In this document: piece by piece, positions 44,632-53,903 of the stretch
How the letters are laid out: the number at the start of each line of letters is the position of its first letter
Numbering within the stretch: position 1 is the stretch's first letter
The notes under the pieces: model-generated
Told to the model about the DNA's origin: nothing
The model's database searches: none
What the model saw: the letters and a program-made list of their open reading frames with translations, nothing else
Assembly (NCBI GenBank): GCA_964425915.1
Contig: CAYROO010000010.1
Coordinates: forward strand, 7,314 to 71,313
Direction: 5' to 3'
DNA from: an uncultured Polycyclovorans sp.
GTDB lineage: Bacteria > Pseudomonadota > Gammaproteobacteria > Nevskiales > Nevskiaceae
DNA length: 64,000 bases
Program-made: the position numbers and the translations under genes

Positions 44632-45288
44632 TCAACCCATGGCACTGGGCAGCGCAGGTGATGCAGGGATTCCGTTTGCGGCTTCCAGACCCGCCATCAG
44701 CGTGCGCACCATCTGCGGCACCAGTTGATGGACCTGACGACCCATGACGAACTGTCCCGCCACCTCCAGTGACACCAGGCCGTGGGCACCCGCCCAGAAC
44801 AGGTGGCTGGCGGTCAGTGGGTCGACGGACAGCTTGAGGTCGCCCGAGGCCTGCGCGGCGGCAACCGTTCGGGTGCAGACATCCAGTGAGTCCCGCTTGG
44901 CCGCAGCCAATTCCAGTGAGCGCGGGCCTTCCTCGACCCCCGGCAGACGAAAGAACATCAGGGCGTAGCGGCCGGGCCGTTCGATGCCAGCGCGGACAAA
45001 GGCCTCGGCCAGTTGCCACAGGCGCTGGCGCGGCGGTGCGGTCGGCACGATCGCCTCCAGCATGCTGCGTTCCATCCACCGGAAGGCCTCCGCCCGCATC
45101 GCAGTCAGCAGCGCGTCCTTGCTGGGAAAGTACCGGTAGGGTGCGGAGTAACTGCAGCCCAATGCGGCCGCCACCTTGCGGAAACTCACCGCCTCCAGCC
45201 CACCGGCCTCAAACAAGGTCATGGCGGCATTGAGGATTTCGGAACGGCGCTGCTCCACCGCGTGTTCGGTCAAGGATTGTCGAGGCAT
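44632..45288 (-). CDS. TetR/AcrR-family transcriptional regulator
   Basis: N-terminal HTH (FRKVAAALGCSYSAPYRYFPSKDALL). 218 aa. Confidence 0.9.
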   Translation of the reverse strand: MPRQSLTEHAVEQRRSEILNAAMTLFEAGGLEAVSFRKVAAALGCSYSAPYRYFPSKDALLTAMRAEAFRWMERSMLEAIVPTAPPRQRLWQLAEAFVRAGIERPGRYALMFFRLPGVEEGPRSLELAAAKRDSLDVCTRTVAAAQASGDLKLSVDPLTASHLFWAGAHGLVSLEVAGQFVMGRQVHQLVPQMVRTLMAGLEAANGIPASPALPSAMG

Positions 45289-45297
45289 GAGCTAGAG

Positions 45298-45324
45298 TTG
45301 ACGTTATTAATTTAATAGTGTCAA
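45298..45324. promoter_or_regulatory. AT-rich 27-bp imperfect palindrome, candidate TetR operator in the divergent promoter region
   Basis: The sequence is TTGAC-gt-TATTAA-t-TTAATA-gt-GTCAA. It lies between the TetR start (45288) and the membrane-protein start (45380), in the most AT-rich stretch of the window. Confidence 0.5.
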
Positions 45325-45379
45325 TCTTTCACCGCGCCCGAGTGGCGAACCACAACCAATAAATGAGAGGGGACCCGAA

Positions 45380-45874
45380 ATGCATCAGGAACGCCTGAGC
45401 GCGCGTGAGCGCGCGCGCATTCTGGCACCGGCCGCGGCGCTGTTCGCGCTGGCCCTGGTGATTGGACTGATCTTCACCTTCAAAGCCATTGGCCACGTCG
45501 CCGCGTGGCCACTGATCCCCGTTCTCGATATCGAGATGCCGGGGACCGAGGCGGCGTGGCGACGGACGCACCTCGGCGCCCTGATGAATGCGCTGGCGAT
45601 GATGGCGTTCGCCGTCGCCGGCAGCAGTCTGCGACTGAGTGCGCGCGCCCGTCAGTGGTATGTGGTCAGCGTCTGCATCACCGGCTGGGGCAATACCCTG
45701 GGCTTTCTGGTCGGTGCATTGTTCGGGGTTCGTGGGCTCGCCTTCGGTGGCGCCTGGGCCAATTCGCTGAACTATCTGCTGTTTCTGGTGGCCGCCGCCA
45801 CCGCCTTCATCCAAGCCTGGTTGCTTTGGCAGGGTGCCCGCGCGCGCAGTCACGAAGGGGAGGACACGCCATGA
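45380..45874 (+). CDS. Hypothetical integral membrane protein (4 TM)
   Basis: Four hydrophobic helices and no recognised motif. The stop overlaps the next start (ATGA). Confidence 0.55.
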   Translation: MHQERLSARERARILAPAAALFALALVIGLIFTFKAIGHVAAWPLIPVLDIEMPGTEAAWRRTHLGALMNALAMMAFAVAGSSLRLSARARQWYVVSVCITGWGNTLGFLVGALFGVRGLAFGGAWANSLNYLLFLVAAATAFIQAWLLWQGARARSHEGEDTP

Positions 45875-46839
45875 ATCCGCTCGCCATCATTGCAGGGCTA
45901 TTGCAGGGGCTGTGGCAGGCACCGCGGCATCTTCGCTTCGCCAGCGCATTTCTCGACCACTGGAACGCCCATGACGCGGCCGCCGTCACCCAGGCGCTCT
46001 CCGGCGGTCGCTATCGTGATCCGCTGACCCAGCGGCCGATCAGCGGCGCTGTGCTGCAGACGCACGTGCAGGCGCTGTTCACCGCCTTCCCCGATTTGCG
46101 GTTGTCGCTGGGTGATGCCGTGATGGCGGGGCGCAACGCGGTGTCCGCCCGTTATCGTCTGGAGGGTCACCACACCGGGCCACTCCCCGGTGGCCTCGGG
46201 ATCGACGCAGTCGCGCCGACCGGCCAGGCGCTGTCTCTGGAGGCGACCCTGTTCATCGCCTTCAACAGCGATGGCAGCGTCCGGGTGGAAAATCACTTCG
46301 ACCTGCAGGATCTCGCCCAGCAGCTGGGCTTCATGTCACTGCTGATGCCGCGACAGCAGGGCCATTATGACTTTGGCGCCTTCTACCGCCTGCACAAGGG
46401 CAATCCGACGCCACCGGAGGCGATCGGCATCACCTGGCTGCATGTGCGAGGCGGTGAGGCCGCCTTCGACGAGGCGGCCGTGGTCACCAATGCGGTGCTG
46501 GAGAGCTTTTCCGACAAGCCCGGCTTCGTCACCGGCATCATCGGTGCACGGCCACCCGACACCGCCGGTCATTCCTTCGGGTTCACGCTGTCAGCATGGG
46601 AGTCTTTGGAGGCCCTGGAGGCCAACCTTCTGCCCAATCCCGACCACCAGCAGGTGGTCCACAAGTTCATGAAGGAAGGTTTCGCCTACGGCACCCACTC
46701 GCGGGTCTATCAGCTGGTACGGGCCAAGCCGGTGATGATCGCCTGCCCGCAGTGCGGCAAGAAGAACAACGCCCACAAGAAGGTGCACACCTGCTCCGCC
46801 TGCCAGACCGCCTTGGAGCCGGCGCCGCCCTATTGGTGA
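45871..46839 (+). CDS. SnoaL-like (ester-cyclase-type) domain protein with a C-terminal CxxC...CxxC zinc ribbon
   Basis: The N-terminal ~150 aa (FLDHWNAHD...FPDL...GHHTG) resemble SnoaL-like ester cyclases. The C-terminus has CPQCGKKNNAHKKVHTCSAC. The start is at the internal ATG 45871. Confidence 0.5.
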   Translation: MNPLAIIAGLLQGLWQAPRHLRFASAFLDHWNAHDAAAVTQALSGGRYRDPLTQRPISGAVLQTHVQALFTAFPDLRLSLGDAVMAGRNAVSARYRLEGHHTGPLPGGLGIDAVAPTGQALSLEATLFIAFNSDGSVRVENHFDLQDLAQQLGFMSLLMPRQQGHYDFGAFYRLHKGNPTPPEAIGITWLHVRGGEAAFDEAAVVTNAVLESFSDKPGFVTGIIGARPPDTAGHSFGFTLSAWESLEALEANLLPNPDHQQVVHKFMKEGFAYGTHSRVYQLVRAKPVMIACPQCGKKNNAHKKVHTCSACQTALEPAPPYW

Positions 46840-46951
46840 GGCTTCCGAGGCATCGCAGCCGGTCGCGGTACCATGCAACTAGATGACGGTCGGGAATCCT
46901 GCGGGGTTCCCGCGGTCCATCTGCATCGCCCCCCGCTTCCGGACCTCCCCA

Positions 46952-49900
46952 GTGTGGCTGACTGATACCGCCGTCAAACGACCGGTTACCGCAACCGTTT
47001 TCAATCTGCTGCTGATCGTATTCGGGGTGTTCGCGGCCACCACGCTGTCGGTACGCGAATACCCGGACGTGGACGCGCCGGTGGTTTCAGTGGACACCGA
47101 GTATTTCGGTGCATCCGCTGCGGTGGTTGAAACCCAGATCACCCAGGTGCTGGAGAATGAGCTTGCCGGCATCGAGGGCGTCCGCAGCCTGACCAGCAGC
47201 TCACAGGACGGCCGCTCGCGCATCACGGTGGAATTCGAGCCCAATCGGGACATCGACGCTGGCGCCAATGACGTCCGTGACCGCGTCTCGCGCGTGCTGG
47301 ACCGGCTACCGGACCAGGCAGAAGCGCCCGCCATCGAAAAGGCAGACTCGGACACGCAACCCGTCATGTGGTTCGTGCTCACCAGCGACCGCCTCAGTAA
47401 TCTCGAACTGTCGGACTACGCGGAGCGCTACCTGGTGGATCGGCTGTCCACAGTCGAGGGCGTGTCGCAGATCCGCCTCGGCGGCGACCGGCGCTACGCC
47501 ATGCGGGTGTGGCTGGACCGGCAACAGATGGCCGCACGGCAGCTCACGGTCGAGGACATCGAGAGCGCGCTGCGCGCCCAGAACGTGGAACGCCCGGCCG
47601 GTCGGGTCGAATCCATTGACCGAGAATTCAGCCTGCGCACGACCCGCCCGTTCCGGACAGCGGCGGATTTCGAAGACCTGGTCATCCTCCGCGATAATGA
47701 CGGCTATACCGTGCGACTTGGCGATGTGGCCCGCGTCGAGCTGGGCGCCGAGAATCCGCGCGGCAGCTTTCGCGCCAACGGTGTGCCTTCCTTGGGCATG
47801 GGGGTGATCAAGACCTCTACCGCCAATACGCTGGCAGTGGCTGAGGGGGTTCGCGCCGAAGTCGACCGCCTGCGCCCTGGGCTACCCGAGGGCATGCAGA
47901 TCGGGCTCAACTATGACGCCTCCGAGTTCATTCAGGGCGCGCTGGACGAGGTGACGCGCACGCTGGTGTACGCCGCCCTGTTCGTCATTGCCGTGATCTT
48001 CATCTTCCTCGGCAACGTCCGCGCCACCGTGGTACCGGCGGTGACCGTACCGATTTCGGTGGTGGCCTCCTTCATCTTTCTGGCATTGATGGGCTTCTCC
48101 ATCAACATCCTGACGCTGTTGGCGCTGGTGCTGGCGATTGGCCTGGTGGTAGACGACGCCATCGTCATGGTTGAGAACATTCACCGTCGGCTTGAGCTGG
48201 GCGAGACCCCACTGGTTGCGGCCTACCGCGGCGCACGCGAGGTGGGTTTCGCCATCGTCGCCACCACCGCCGTGCTGATCGCTGTGTTCGCGCCGTTGGC
48301 GGTACTCGAAGGCAATATCGGACGCCTATTCCGTGAGTTTGCGCTGGCGATGGCGGCGGCCGTGGCGGCGTCGTCACTGGTGGCACTTACGCTGTGCCCG
48401 GTTCTCGCAAGCCTGCTGCTGCGGCGGCACGCTGCGGCGGACAAACCGGGCTTCCCCCGCGCAATGGATGCGCTGTTTGAGCGACTTTCGGCAGGCTATC
48501 GACACCTGCTAGAAGCACTGATCCAACGATCTTGGATTGGGCTTGTGATGCTGGTCGGGCTGGGAATCGGCGCCTGGCTGATCCTCGGGCAGATTCGTCA
48601 GGAATTCGCGCCGTTCGAAGACCGTGGCGGCTTTTTCGTCAGTGTTACCGGCCCCGAGGGCGCAAGTTTTCCGTACATGGAATCGGTGATGACCGCCGTC
48701 GAAGCGCCGCTGCTCGACCGCCTCGATGACGAGGTCAAGCGCGTCCTGATTCGGGTACCAGGATTTGGCGCCGGCGACGAGGTGAACTCCGGCATCGCGA
48801 TTGCCACACTCGACCATTGGGACGCACGTGCGCGCAGCTCCGACGTCATCGCCGAAGAGGTGGCGCGCGCGCTCGGCGACATCACCGATGCCCGGGCGGT
48901 CGTCATCCAACGCAGCGGCTTCCAGAGCCGCCCCGGACAGCCGCTTGAGCTGGCCATCGGCGGTGGCACGTATGAGGAGCTGGCGGAATGGCGTGACCGT
49001 ATCCTGGCGCGGGTCGCCGAAAACCCGGGCCTGGTGCGTCTCGACGCCGACTACAAGGAGACGAAACCGCAGATCATGCTGGACATCGCGGTGGAAAAGG
49101 CCGGCCAGCTGGGCGTACCGGTGGTCCAGATCGCGCAGGCACTGGAAACCTTCATGGGCGGCCGACGGGTCACGACGTTCGAGGACGCCGGCGAAGAGTA
49201 CGACATCATTCTGCAGGCGCCGGACGACGCCCGCCGCTCACCGGCCGTCCTCGACGACATCCACGTCCGCTCCAGCATCGACGGCAGCCTGGTGCCGCTG
49301 GCCAACCTGGTCAGCCGCCGCGAAAACGCGGCCGCGGCGCGCCTCAACCGCATTGATCGCCTGCGCGCCATCACCTTCAGCGCCAACCTTGCGCCCGGCT
49401 ACACCCTGGGCGAAGCGCTCGACTACATGCAGCGGATCATCCGCGAGGAGTTGCCGGACACGGTGCAGATCAAGTTTGTCGGCGAATCCCGTGAGTATCG
49501 TGATTCATCGCAGGCCATCGTATTCACTTTCGCCATGGCGCTGCTGATCGTGTTTCTGGTGCTGGCGGCTCAATTCGAAAGCTTCGTCCACCCGTTGGCG
49601 ATCATGTCAACGGTGCCGCTTGCTGTATTCGGCGCCCTGCTGGCGCTCTGGGGCCTCGGCATGACCCTCAACATTTATTCACAGATTGGCGTGGTGATGC
49701 TGGTGGGGCTGGCGGCCAAAAACGGCATCCTGATCGTCGAGTTCGCCAACCAACTGCGCGATGCGGGACGGCCGTTCGAGGAGGCATTGATCGAGGCCGC
49801 GACCATCCGCCTGCGTCCAATCCTGATGACCAGCCTGTCAACGCTGGCCGGCGCGCTGCCGCTGATGATGGCCAGCGGTGCCGGCAGCGAAGCGCGCGCG

Positions 49901-50059
49901 ATTCTCGGCGTCGTCATTTTTTGCGGCGTGGCCTTTGCCACCCTGCTCACCTTGCTCGTGGTACCCACCGCCTATGCGCTGCTGTGCCGACGCACCGGCT
50001 CGCCGGAGGCACGCACGCGCGCCCTGCAGTCGCAAAGCGTCAAGTCGGACGTGTTCTGA
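46952..50059 (+). CDS. RND efflux transporter permease (AcrB/HAE family), with no adjacent adaptor gene
   Basis: The N-terminal (M)WLTDTAVKRPVTATVFNLLL and 12-TM, two-large-loop architecture fit the family, with conserved VVDDAIVMVENI. The GTG 46952 start is preferred; ORF ATG 46883 is the alternative. Confidence 0.88.
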   Translation: MWLTDTAVKRPVTATVFNLLLIVFGVFAATTLSVREYPDVDAPVVSVDTEYFGASAAVVETQITQVLENELAGIEGVRSLTSSSQDGRSRITVEFEPNRDIDAGANDVRDRVSRVLDRLPDQAEAPAIEKADSDTQPVMWFVLTSDRLSNLELSDYAERYLVDRLSTVEGVSQIRLGGDRRYAMRVWLDRQQMAARQLTVEDIESALRAQNVERPAGRVESIDREFSLRTTRPFRTAADFEDLVILRDNDGYTVRLGDVARVELGAENPRGSFRANGVPSLGMGVIKTSTANTLAVAEGVRAEVDRLRPGLPEGMQIGLNYDASEFIQGALDEVTRTLVYAALFVIAVIFIFLGNVRATVVPAVTVPISVVASFIFLALMGFSINILTLLALVLAIGLVVDDAIVMVENIHRRLELGETPLVAAYRGAREVGFAIVATTAVLIAVFAPLAVLEGNIGRLFREFALAMAAAVAASSLVALTLCPVLASLLLRRHAAADKPGFPRAMDALFERLSAGYRHLLEALIQRSWIGLVMLVGLGIGAWLILGQIRQEFAPFEDRGGFFVSVTGPEGASFPYMESVMTAVEAPLLDRLDDEVKRVLIRVPGFGAGDEVNSGIAIATLDHWDARARSSDVIAEEVARALGDITDARAVVIQRSGFQSRPGQPLELAIGGGTYEELAEWRDRILARVAENPGLVRLDADYKETKPQIMLDIAVEKAGQLGVPVVQIAQALETFMGGRRVTTFEDAGEEYDIILQAPDDARRSPAVLDDIHVRSSIDGSLVPLANLVSRRENAAAARLNRIDRLRAITFSANLAPGYTLGEALDYMQRIIREELPDTVQIKFVGESREYRDSSQAIVFTFAMALLIVFLVLAAQFESFVHPLAIMSTVPLAVFGALLALWGLGMTLNIYSQIGVVMLVGLAAKNGILIVEFANQLRDAGRPFEEALIEAATIRLRPILMTSLSTLAGALPLMMASGAGSEARAILGVVIFCGVAFATLLTLLVVPTAYALLCRRTGSPEARTRALQSQSVKSDVF

Positions 50060-50072
50060 TGACGCGGCCGGC

Positions 50073-50684
50073 TTAGCGCTGGCGCAGCAGGCCCAGGAAC
50101 TCTCCACGAGTGCGGGCGTCCTCGCGGAAGCGCCCCAGCATGGACGAGGTGGTCATCGAAGCCGCCTGCTTTTCGACGCCACGCATCATCATGCACATGT
50201 GCTGCCCTTCGACGACCACCGCCACACCTTCGGCGCCGGTGACGGTCTGGATGCACTCGGCAATCTGCCGGGTCATGTTTTCCTGAATCTGCAGACGCCG
50301 CGCAAACATGTCGATGATGCGGGGGATCTTCGACAGCCCGATCACCGTCCCCGCCGGCAGGTAGGCAATGTGAGCGCGACCGAAAAACGGCAGCAGATGA
50401 TGTTCACACAATGAGTAGAACTCGACATCGCGCACCATCACCATTTCGCGGTTGTCAGACGCAAAGCGAGCACCGTTGACCAGTGTCTCCACATCCTGCT
50501 GATAGCCGCGCGTGAGAAAGGCCATGGCCTTGGCGGCCCGCTTCGGTGTGCTCAGCAGACCTTCACGCGCAGGGTCCTCGCCGAGCAGGCGCAAAATCGC
50601 TTCGTAATGAGATGCCGTAGCATCGATCACATCGGCGTGGTCGCGGTCCAACAACTCGACGGGGCGTAGGTCGTCCATGGGCAT
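50073..50684 (-). CDS. folE: GTP cyclohydrolase I (FolE)
   Basis: [20 protein letters not shown] and [13 protein letters not shown] motifs. Confidence 0.95.
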   Translation of the reverse strand: MPMDDLRPVELLDRDHADVIDATASHYEAILRLLGEDPAREGLLSTPKRAAKAMAFLTRGYQQDVETLVNGARFASDNREMVMVRDVEFYSLCEHHLLPFFGRAHIAYLPAGTVIGLSKIPRIIDMFARRLQIQENMTRQIAECIQTVTGAEGVAVVVEGQHMCMMMRGVEKQAASMTTSSMLGRFREDARTRGEFLGLLRQR

Positions 50685-50757
50685 CTCCTCAGTAGGTGTG
50701 CCGATGCTACGTGTTCAAGGCCTGTATTACTTTTGGCTAGGCAAATACGATACAACT

Positions 50758-51759
50758 TCAGGCAGCCTGCCGTAGCCCCAGGGCAGACAGGTCGAATCCG
50801 TCACTGCGCAGCACCTGCAACAACACCCGTTCCATGCTGTGCCGCGCCGCGGCGGTGGTGCGATGCAGGCGATCATGCAGTTGGGCCTCTTCAGGCGAGG
50901 CCGAGGCGCACTGCTGGCTGTACTGCTCAAAGGCCGACAGGCTGCTGATGAGACTGGCGAGATGCTGCGGGCACTCGCAGCGCAAGGTGGGGTCCAGCGC
51001 TGCCACCTGTAGCAGCTGATGGTCGTTGAAGGTACGCGGTTGTGGCGCATCATTGGCCGCATCCGCGGCCGCCTGACCGTTGCGCGGCGCGGCCATCCGG
51101 CAGATCCGCATCAGCTGCGTGAGGTCTGCTGGCGCGCGGATGCACAACACATTGAGCAAATCGAGCCGCCGCAGAATGCGGCGCCCGGTGAACCCGTAGA
51201 CCACGATGGTCAAGCCGGCGCCCGCCTGCTGCACCAGCTGGCACAGCGGCTCGACGTCATCGGGATGCAGGGTCGGCACCTCGATGATCAGCACATCAGC
51301 ACGATGGTCCGCGATCCCGGCGCGGGCTGCCGGCACATCCTCAAACGTGGCGGACACCTGAAGATTGGGGTCAGCGCCATCCGGCCCGCCCATCAGGGTC
51401 GGCAAACTCGGTCCCACCACCACCAGCCGGGTCCCCGCCAAGCTCGACGCCGAACGTCGCGCCGACGAGGCATCCCGCAGGCGACCCCGAATGTCTTCGT
51501 CGGACAGCGGCGCCACGGTGCCAATGGCGTGGCCAGCCTGCACGGCAGCCTGCAGCAATGCCAGTCGCGCCACGTGCTCACGCGTGTAGAGGCGCCCGCC
51601 AGCCGGCGTCCGCAGCGGGGTCACCACCCCATAGCGGCGCTCCCACATGCGCAGGGTGGGCAGCGCAATGCCGGTCATGCGTGCAACCGCGCCGATGCGG
51701 TATTGCCCGTGCTCGGTGTCGGGGGTCATGGGGCGTCCTCTTTTTTGATCATCAATCAT
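50758..51759 (-). CDS. MerR-family regulator with a CarH/LitR-like C-terminal extension
   Basis: N-terminal MerR HTH (YRIGAVARMTGIALPTLRMWERRYG). The central Rossmann-like segment (LVVVG...VLIIEV...IVVYG) has no DxHxxG. A Cys-containing C-terminal domain follows. Confidence 0.7.
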   Translation of the reverse strand: MIDDQKRGRPMTPDTEHGQYRIGAVARMTGIALPTLRMWERRYGVVTPLRTPAGGRLYTREHVARLALLQAAVQAGHAIGTVAPLSDEDIRGRLRDASSARRSASSLAGTRLVVVGPSLPTLMGGPDGADPNLQVSATFEDVPAARAGIADHRADVLIIEVPTLHPDDVEPLCQLVQQAGAGLTIVVYGFTGRRILRRLDLLNVLCIRAPADLTQLMRICRMAAPRNGQAAADAANDAPQPRTFNDHQLLQVAALDPTLRCECPQHLASLISSLSAFEQYSQQCASASPEEAQLHDRLHRTTAAARHSMERVLLQVLRSDGFDLSALGLRQAA

Positions 51760-51818
51760 CGTTCAAGAAAAAATAATACCTTTTTACAGCTGACCATCGT
51801 TACCGGTCGCGAACGAAC

Positions 51819-51847
51819 AAAAAAAAGCCCCGGCATAGCCGGGGCCC
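51819..51847 (-). terminator. Rho-independent terminator downstream of clpX
   Basis: The minus strand reads gccccggc-tat-gccggggc followed by tttttttt. Confidence 0.85.
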
Positions 51848-51869
51848 GTGAACCGCGTCAGCGGTGACG

Positions 51870-53144
51870 TCAGGCAGCGGAGGGTTTGGCCTCGCGCTTG
51901 GTCTCGGCGCTCTCGTAAACGATGAAAGGCTTCACCTCGCCTTTCACCACCGCCTCGTCGATCACCACCTTGGCCACGTTCTGCATGGACGGTAGGTCGT
52001 ACATGACGTCCATCAAAATGTTCTCCATGATGGTCCGCAGCCCGCGCGCGCCCGTCTTGCGCTCGCGCGCTTTGGCAGCGATGGCATGCATGGCGTCATC
52101 ACGAATCTCGAGCTGCGCACCCTCCATCTGGAACAGCTTGGCGTACTGCTTGACCAAGGCGTTCTTGGGCTCGCGCAGGATGGAGATCAGAGCCGCTTCA
52201 TCCAGTTCCTCGAGCACGGCGGCGACCGGCAGGCGCCCGACGAACTCCGGGATCAGGCCGAAGCGCACCAGATCGTCCGGCTCAAGCTGGCGCATCACCG
52301 CGTTGATTTCCTTGGCATCGCCCTTGGAGCGAACATCGGCGTTGAAGCCGATCCCGGTCTTCTCGGTACGCTGCTGGATCACCCGGTCGAGCCCCGGGAA
52401 CGCACCGCCGCAGATGAACAGGATGCCCGCCGTGTTGACCTGCAGGAATTCCTGTTGCGGATGCTTGCGCCCGCCCTGGGGCGGAACGCTGGCGATCGTA
52501 CCCTCGATCAGCTTAAGCAGCGCCTGCTGTACGCCCTCCCCCGAAACGTCGCGGGTGATGGACGGGTTCTCCGACTTGCGGGCAATTTTGTCGATTTCGT
52601 CGATGTAAACGATGCCGCGCTGGGCCTTCTCGACATCGTAGTCACACTTCTGCAACAGCCGCGCAATGATGTTCTCGACATCCTCACCGACGTAACCGGC
52701 CTCGGTCAGGGTGGTGGCGTCGGCGATGGCGAACGGCACGTCGAGCAGACGTGCCAGCGTTTCCGCCAGCAGCGTCTTGCCGGACCCGGTGGGCCCGATC
52801 AGCAGAATGTTGGACTTGGCAATCTCCACCCCGTCAGCCGCCCCCCGGGTGGAGAGCCGCTTGAAGTGGTTGTAGACCGCTACCGCCAGAATCTTCTTGG
52901 CCTGGTCCTGGCCGATGACGTATTCGTCGAGCACCGCACGGATTTCATGCGGCTTGGGCAGGCCTTTTGCCTGCGGCTTGCTCTGGACCTCTTCGCGGAT
53001 GATGTCGTTGCACAGGTCGACGCATTCGTCGCAGATGTACACCGACGGACCCGCAATCAACTTGCGAACCTCGTGCTCGCTTTTTCCGCAGAAGGAGCAG
53101 TACAGAACGCGACCACCCGATCCGCTGCGTGCTTCGTGACTCAT
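51870..53144 (-). CDS. clpX: ATP-dependent Clp protease ATP-binding subunit ClpX
   Basis: N-terminal zinc finger CSFCGK...CDEC and Walker A GPTGSGKT. 424 aa. Confidence 0.98.
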   Translation of the reverse strand: MSHEARSGSGGRVLYCSFCGKSEHEVRKLIAGPSVYICDECVDLCNDIIREEVQSKPQAKGLPKPHEIRAVLDEYVIGQDQAKKILAVAVYNHFKRLSTRGAADGVEIAKSNILLIGPTGSGKTLLAETLARLLDVPFAIADATTLTEAGYVGEDVENIIARLLQKCDYDVEKAQRGIVYIDEIDKIARKSENPSITRDVSGEGVQQALLKLIEGTIASVPPQGGRKHPQQEFLQVNTAGILFICGGAFPGLDRVIQQRTEKTGIGFNADVRSKGDAKEINAVMRQLEPDDLVRFGLIPEFVGRLPVAAVLEELDEAALISILREPKNALVKQYAKLFQMEGAQLEIRDDAMHAIAAKARERKTGARGLRTIMENILMDVMYDLPSMQNVAKVVIDEAVVKGEVKPFIVYESAETKREAKPSAA

Positions 53145-53232
53145 TGGCTCTCTCGTTGCACCGGAATGACGTCCCGGTGACAGGTGTATAGCACAGCGTC
53201 GCCTCGTGGCAAACCGCGCCCCGACGAGTGTC

Positions 53233-53862
53233 TCAAGCGGGGGCGCCGCCCGGTCGACGCTCGATGATGCTGTCGATCAGACCGTAAGCCTTGGAGGCCT
53301 CGGCGTTCATGAAGAAGTCACGCTCGACGTCCTGCTCGATTCGTGACAGCGGCTGACCGGTATGGTGCGCCAGCAGTGCATTCAGCCGCTCCCGCATGTA
53401 CAGGATTTCGCGGGCCTGAATCTCGATGTCCGACGCCTGCCCCTGGGCGCCGCCGGATGGCTGGTGGATCATCACGCGCGAATTGGGCAGGCAATAGCGC
53501 TTGCCCGCCGCCCCCGCCGCCAGCAGGAACGAGCCCATACTGCAGGCCTGGCCGATGCACATGGTGGCCACGTCAGGCTTGATGAACTGCATCGTGTCGT
53601 AGATCGACATACCGGACGTGATGATGCCGCCCGGCGAGTTGATGTACAGGTGGATGTCCTTGTCCGGATTCTCGGACTCCAGGAACAGCAGCTGCGCCAC
53701 CACCAGGTTGGCGACGTTGTCGTCGATCGGGCCGACCAGAAACACCACCCGCTCTTTCAGCAGGCGCGAGTAGATGTCGAAAGCCCGCTCACCACGAGCG
53801 GTCTGCTCGACCACCATGGGAACGAGCATGGACTGCGGGGGCATCATGGAGTTCATGGTCAT
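53233..53862 (-). CDS. clpP: ATP-dependent Clp protease proteolytic subunit ClpP
   Basis: GQACSMGS (catalytic Ser) and MIHQPSGG (catalytic His). Confidence 0.97.
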   Translation of the reverse strand: MTMNSMMPPQSMLVPMVVEQTARGERAFDIYSRLLKERVVFLVGPIDDNVANLVVAQLLFLESENPDKDIHLYINSPGGIITSGMSIYDTMQFIKPDVATMCIGQACSMGSFLLAAGAAGKRYCLPNSRVMIHQPSGGAQGQASDIEIQAREILYMRERLNALLAHHTGQPLSRIEQDVERDFFMNAEASKAYGLIDSIIERRPGGAPA

Positions 53863-53903
53863 CTCGATCGAAAAACGGGAAAGGCGACGCGGCGCCTGCC
53901 GAA

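Noticed and set aside
45505-45870. An N-terminal extension of the SnoaL-like ORF. The track starts it at 45505.
   Set aside because: It overlaps the 4-TM membrane-protein gene in another frame. ATG 45871 forms an ATGA overlap with that gene's stop and begins the recognisable domain.
50685-50757. A possible riboswitch or leader in the 73-nt spacer upstream of folE.
   Set aside because: It is too short, and I could identify no conserved riboswitch core (THF, preQ1 or similar). It is more likely an ordinary intergenic spacer within a MerR-folE transcription unit.
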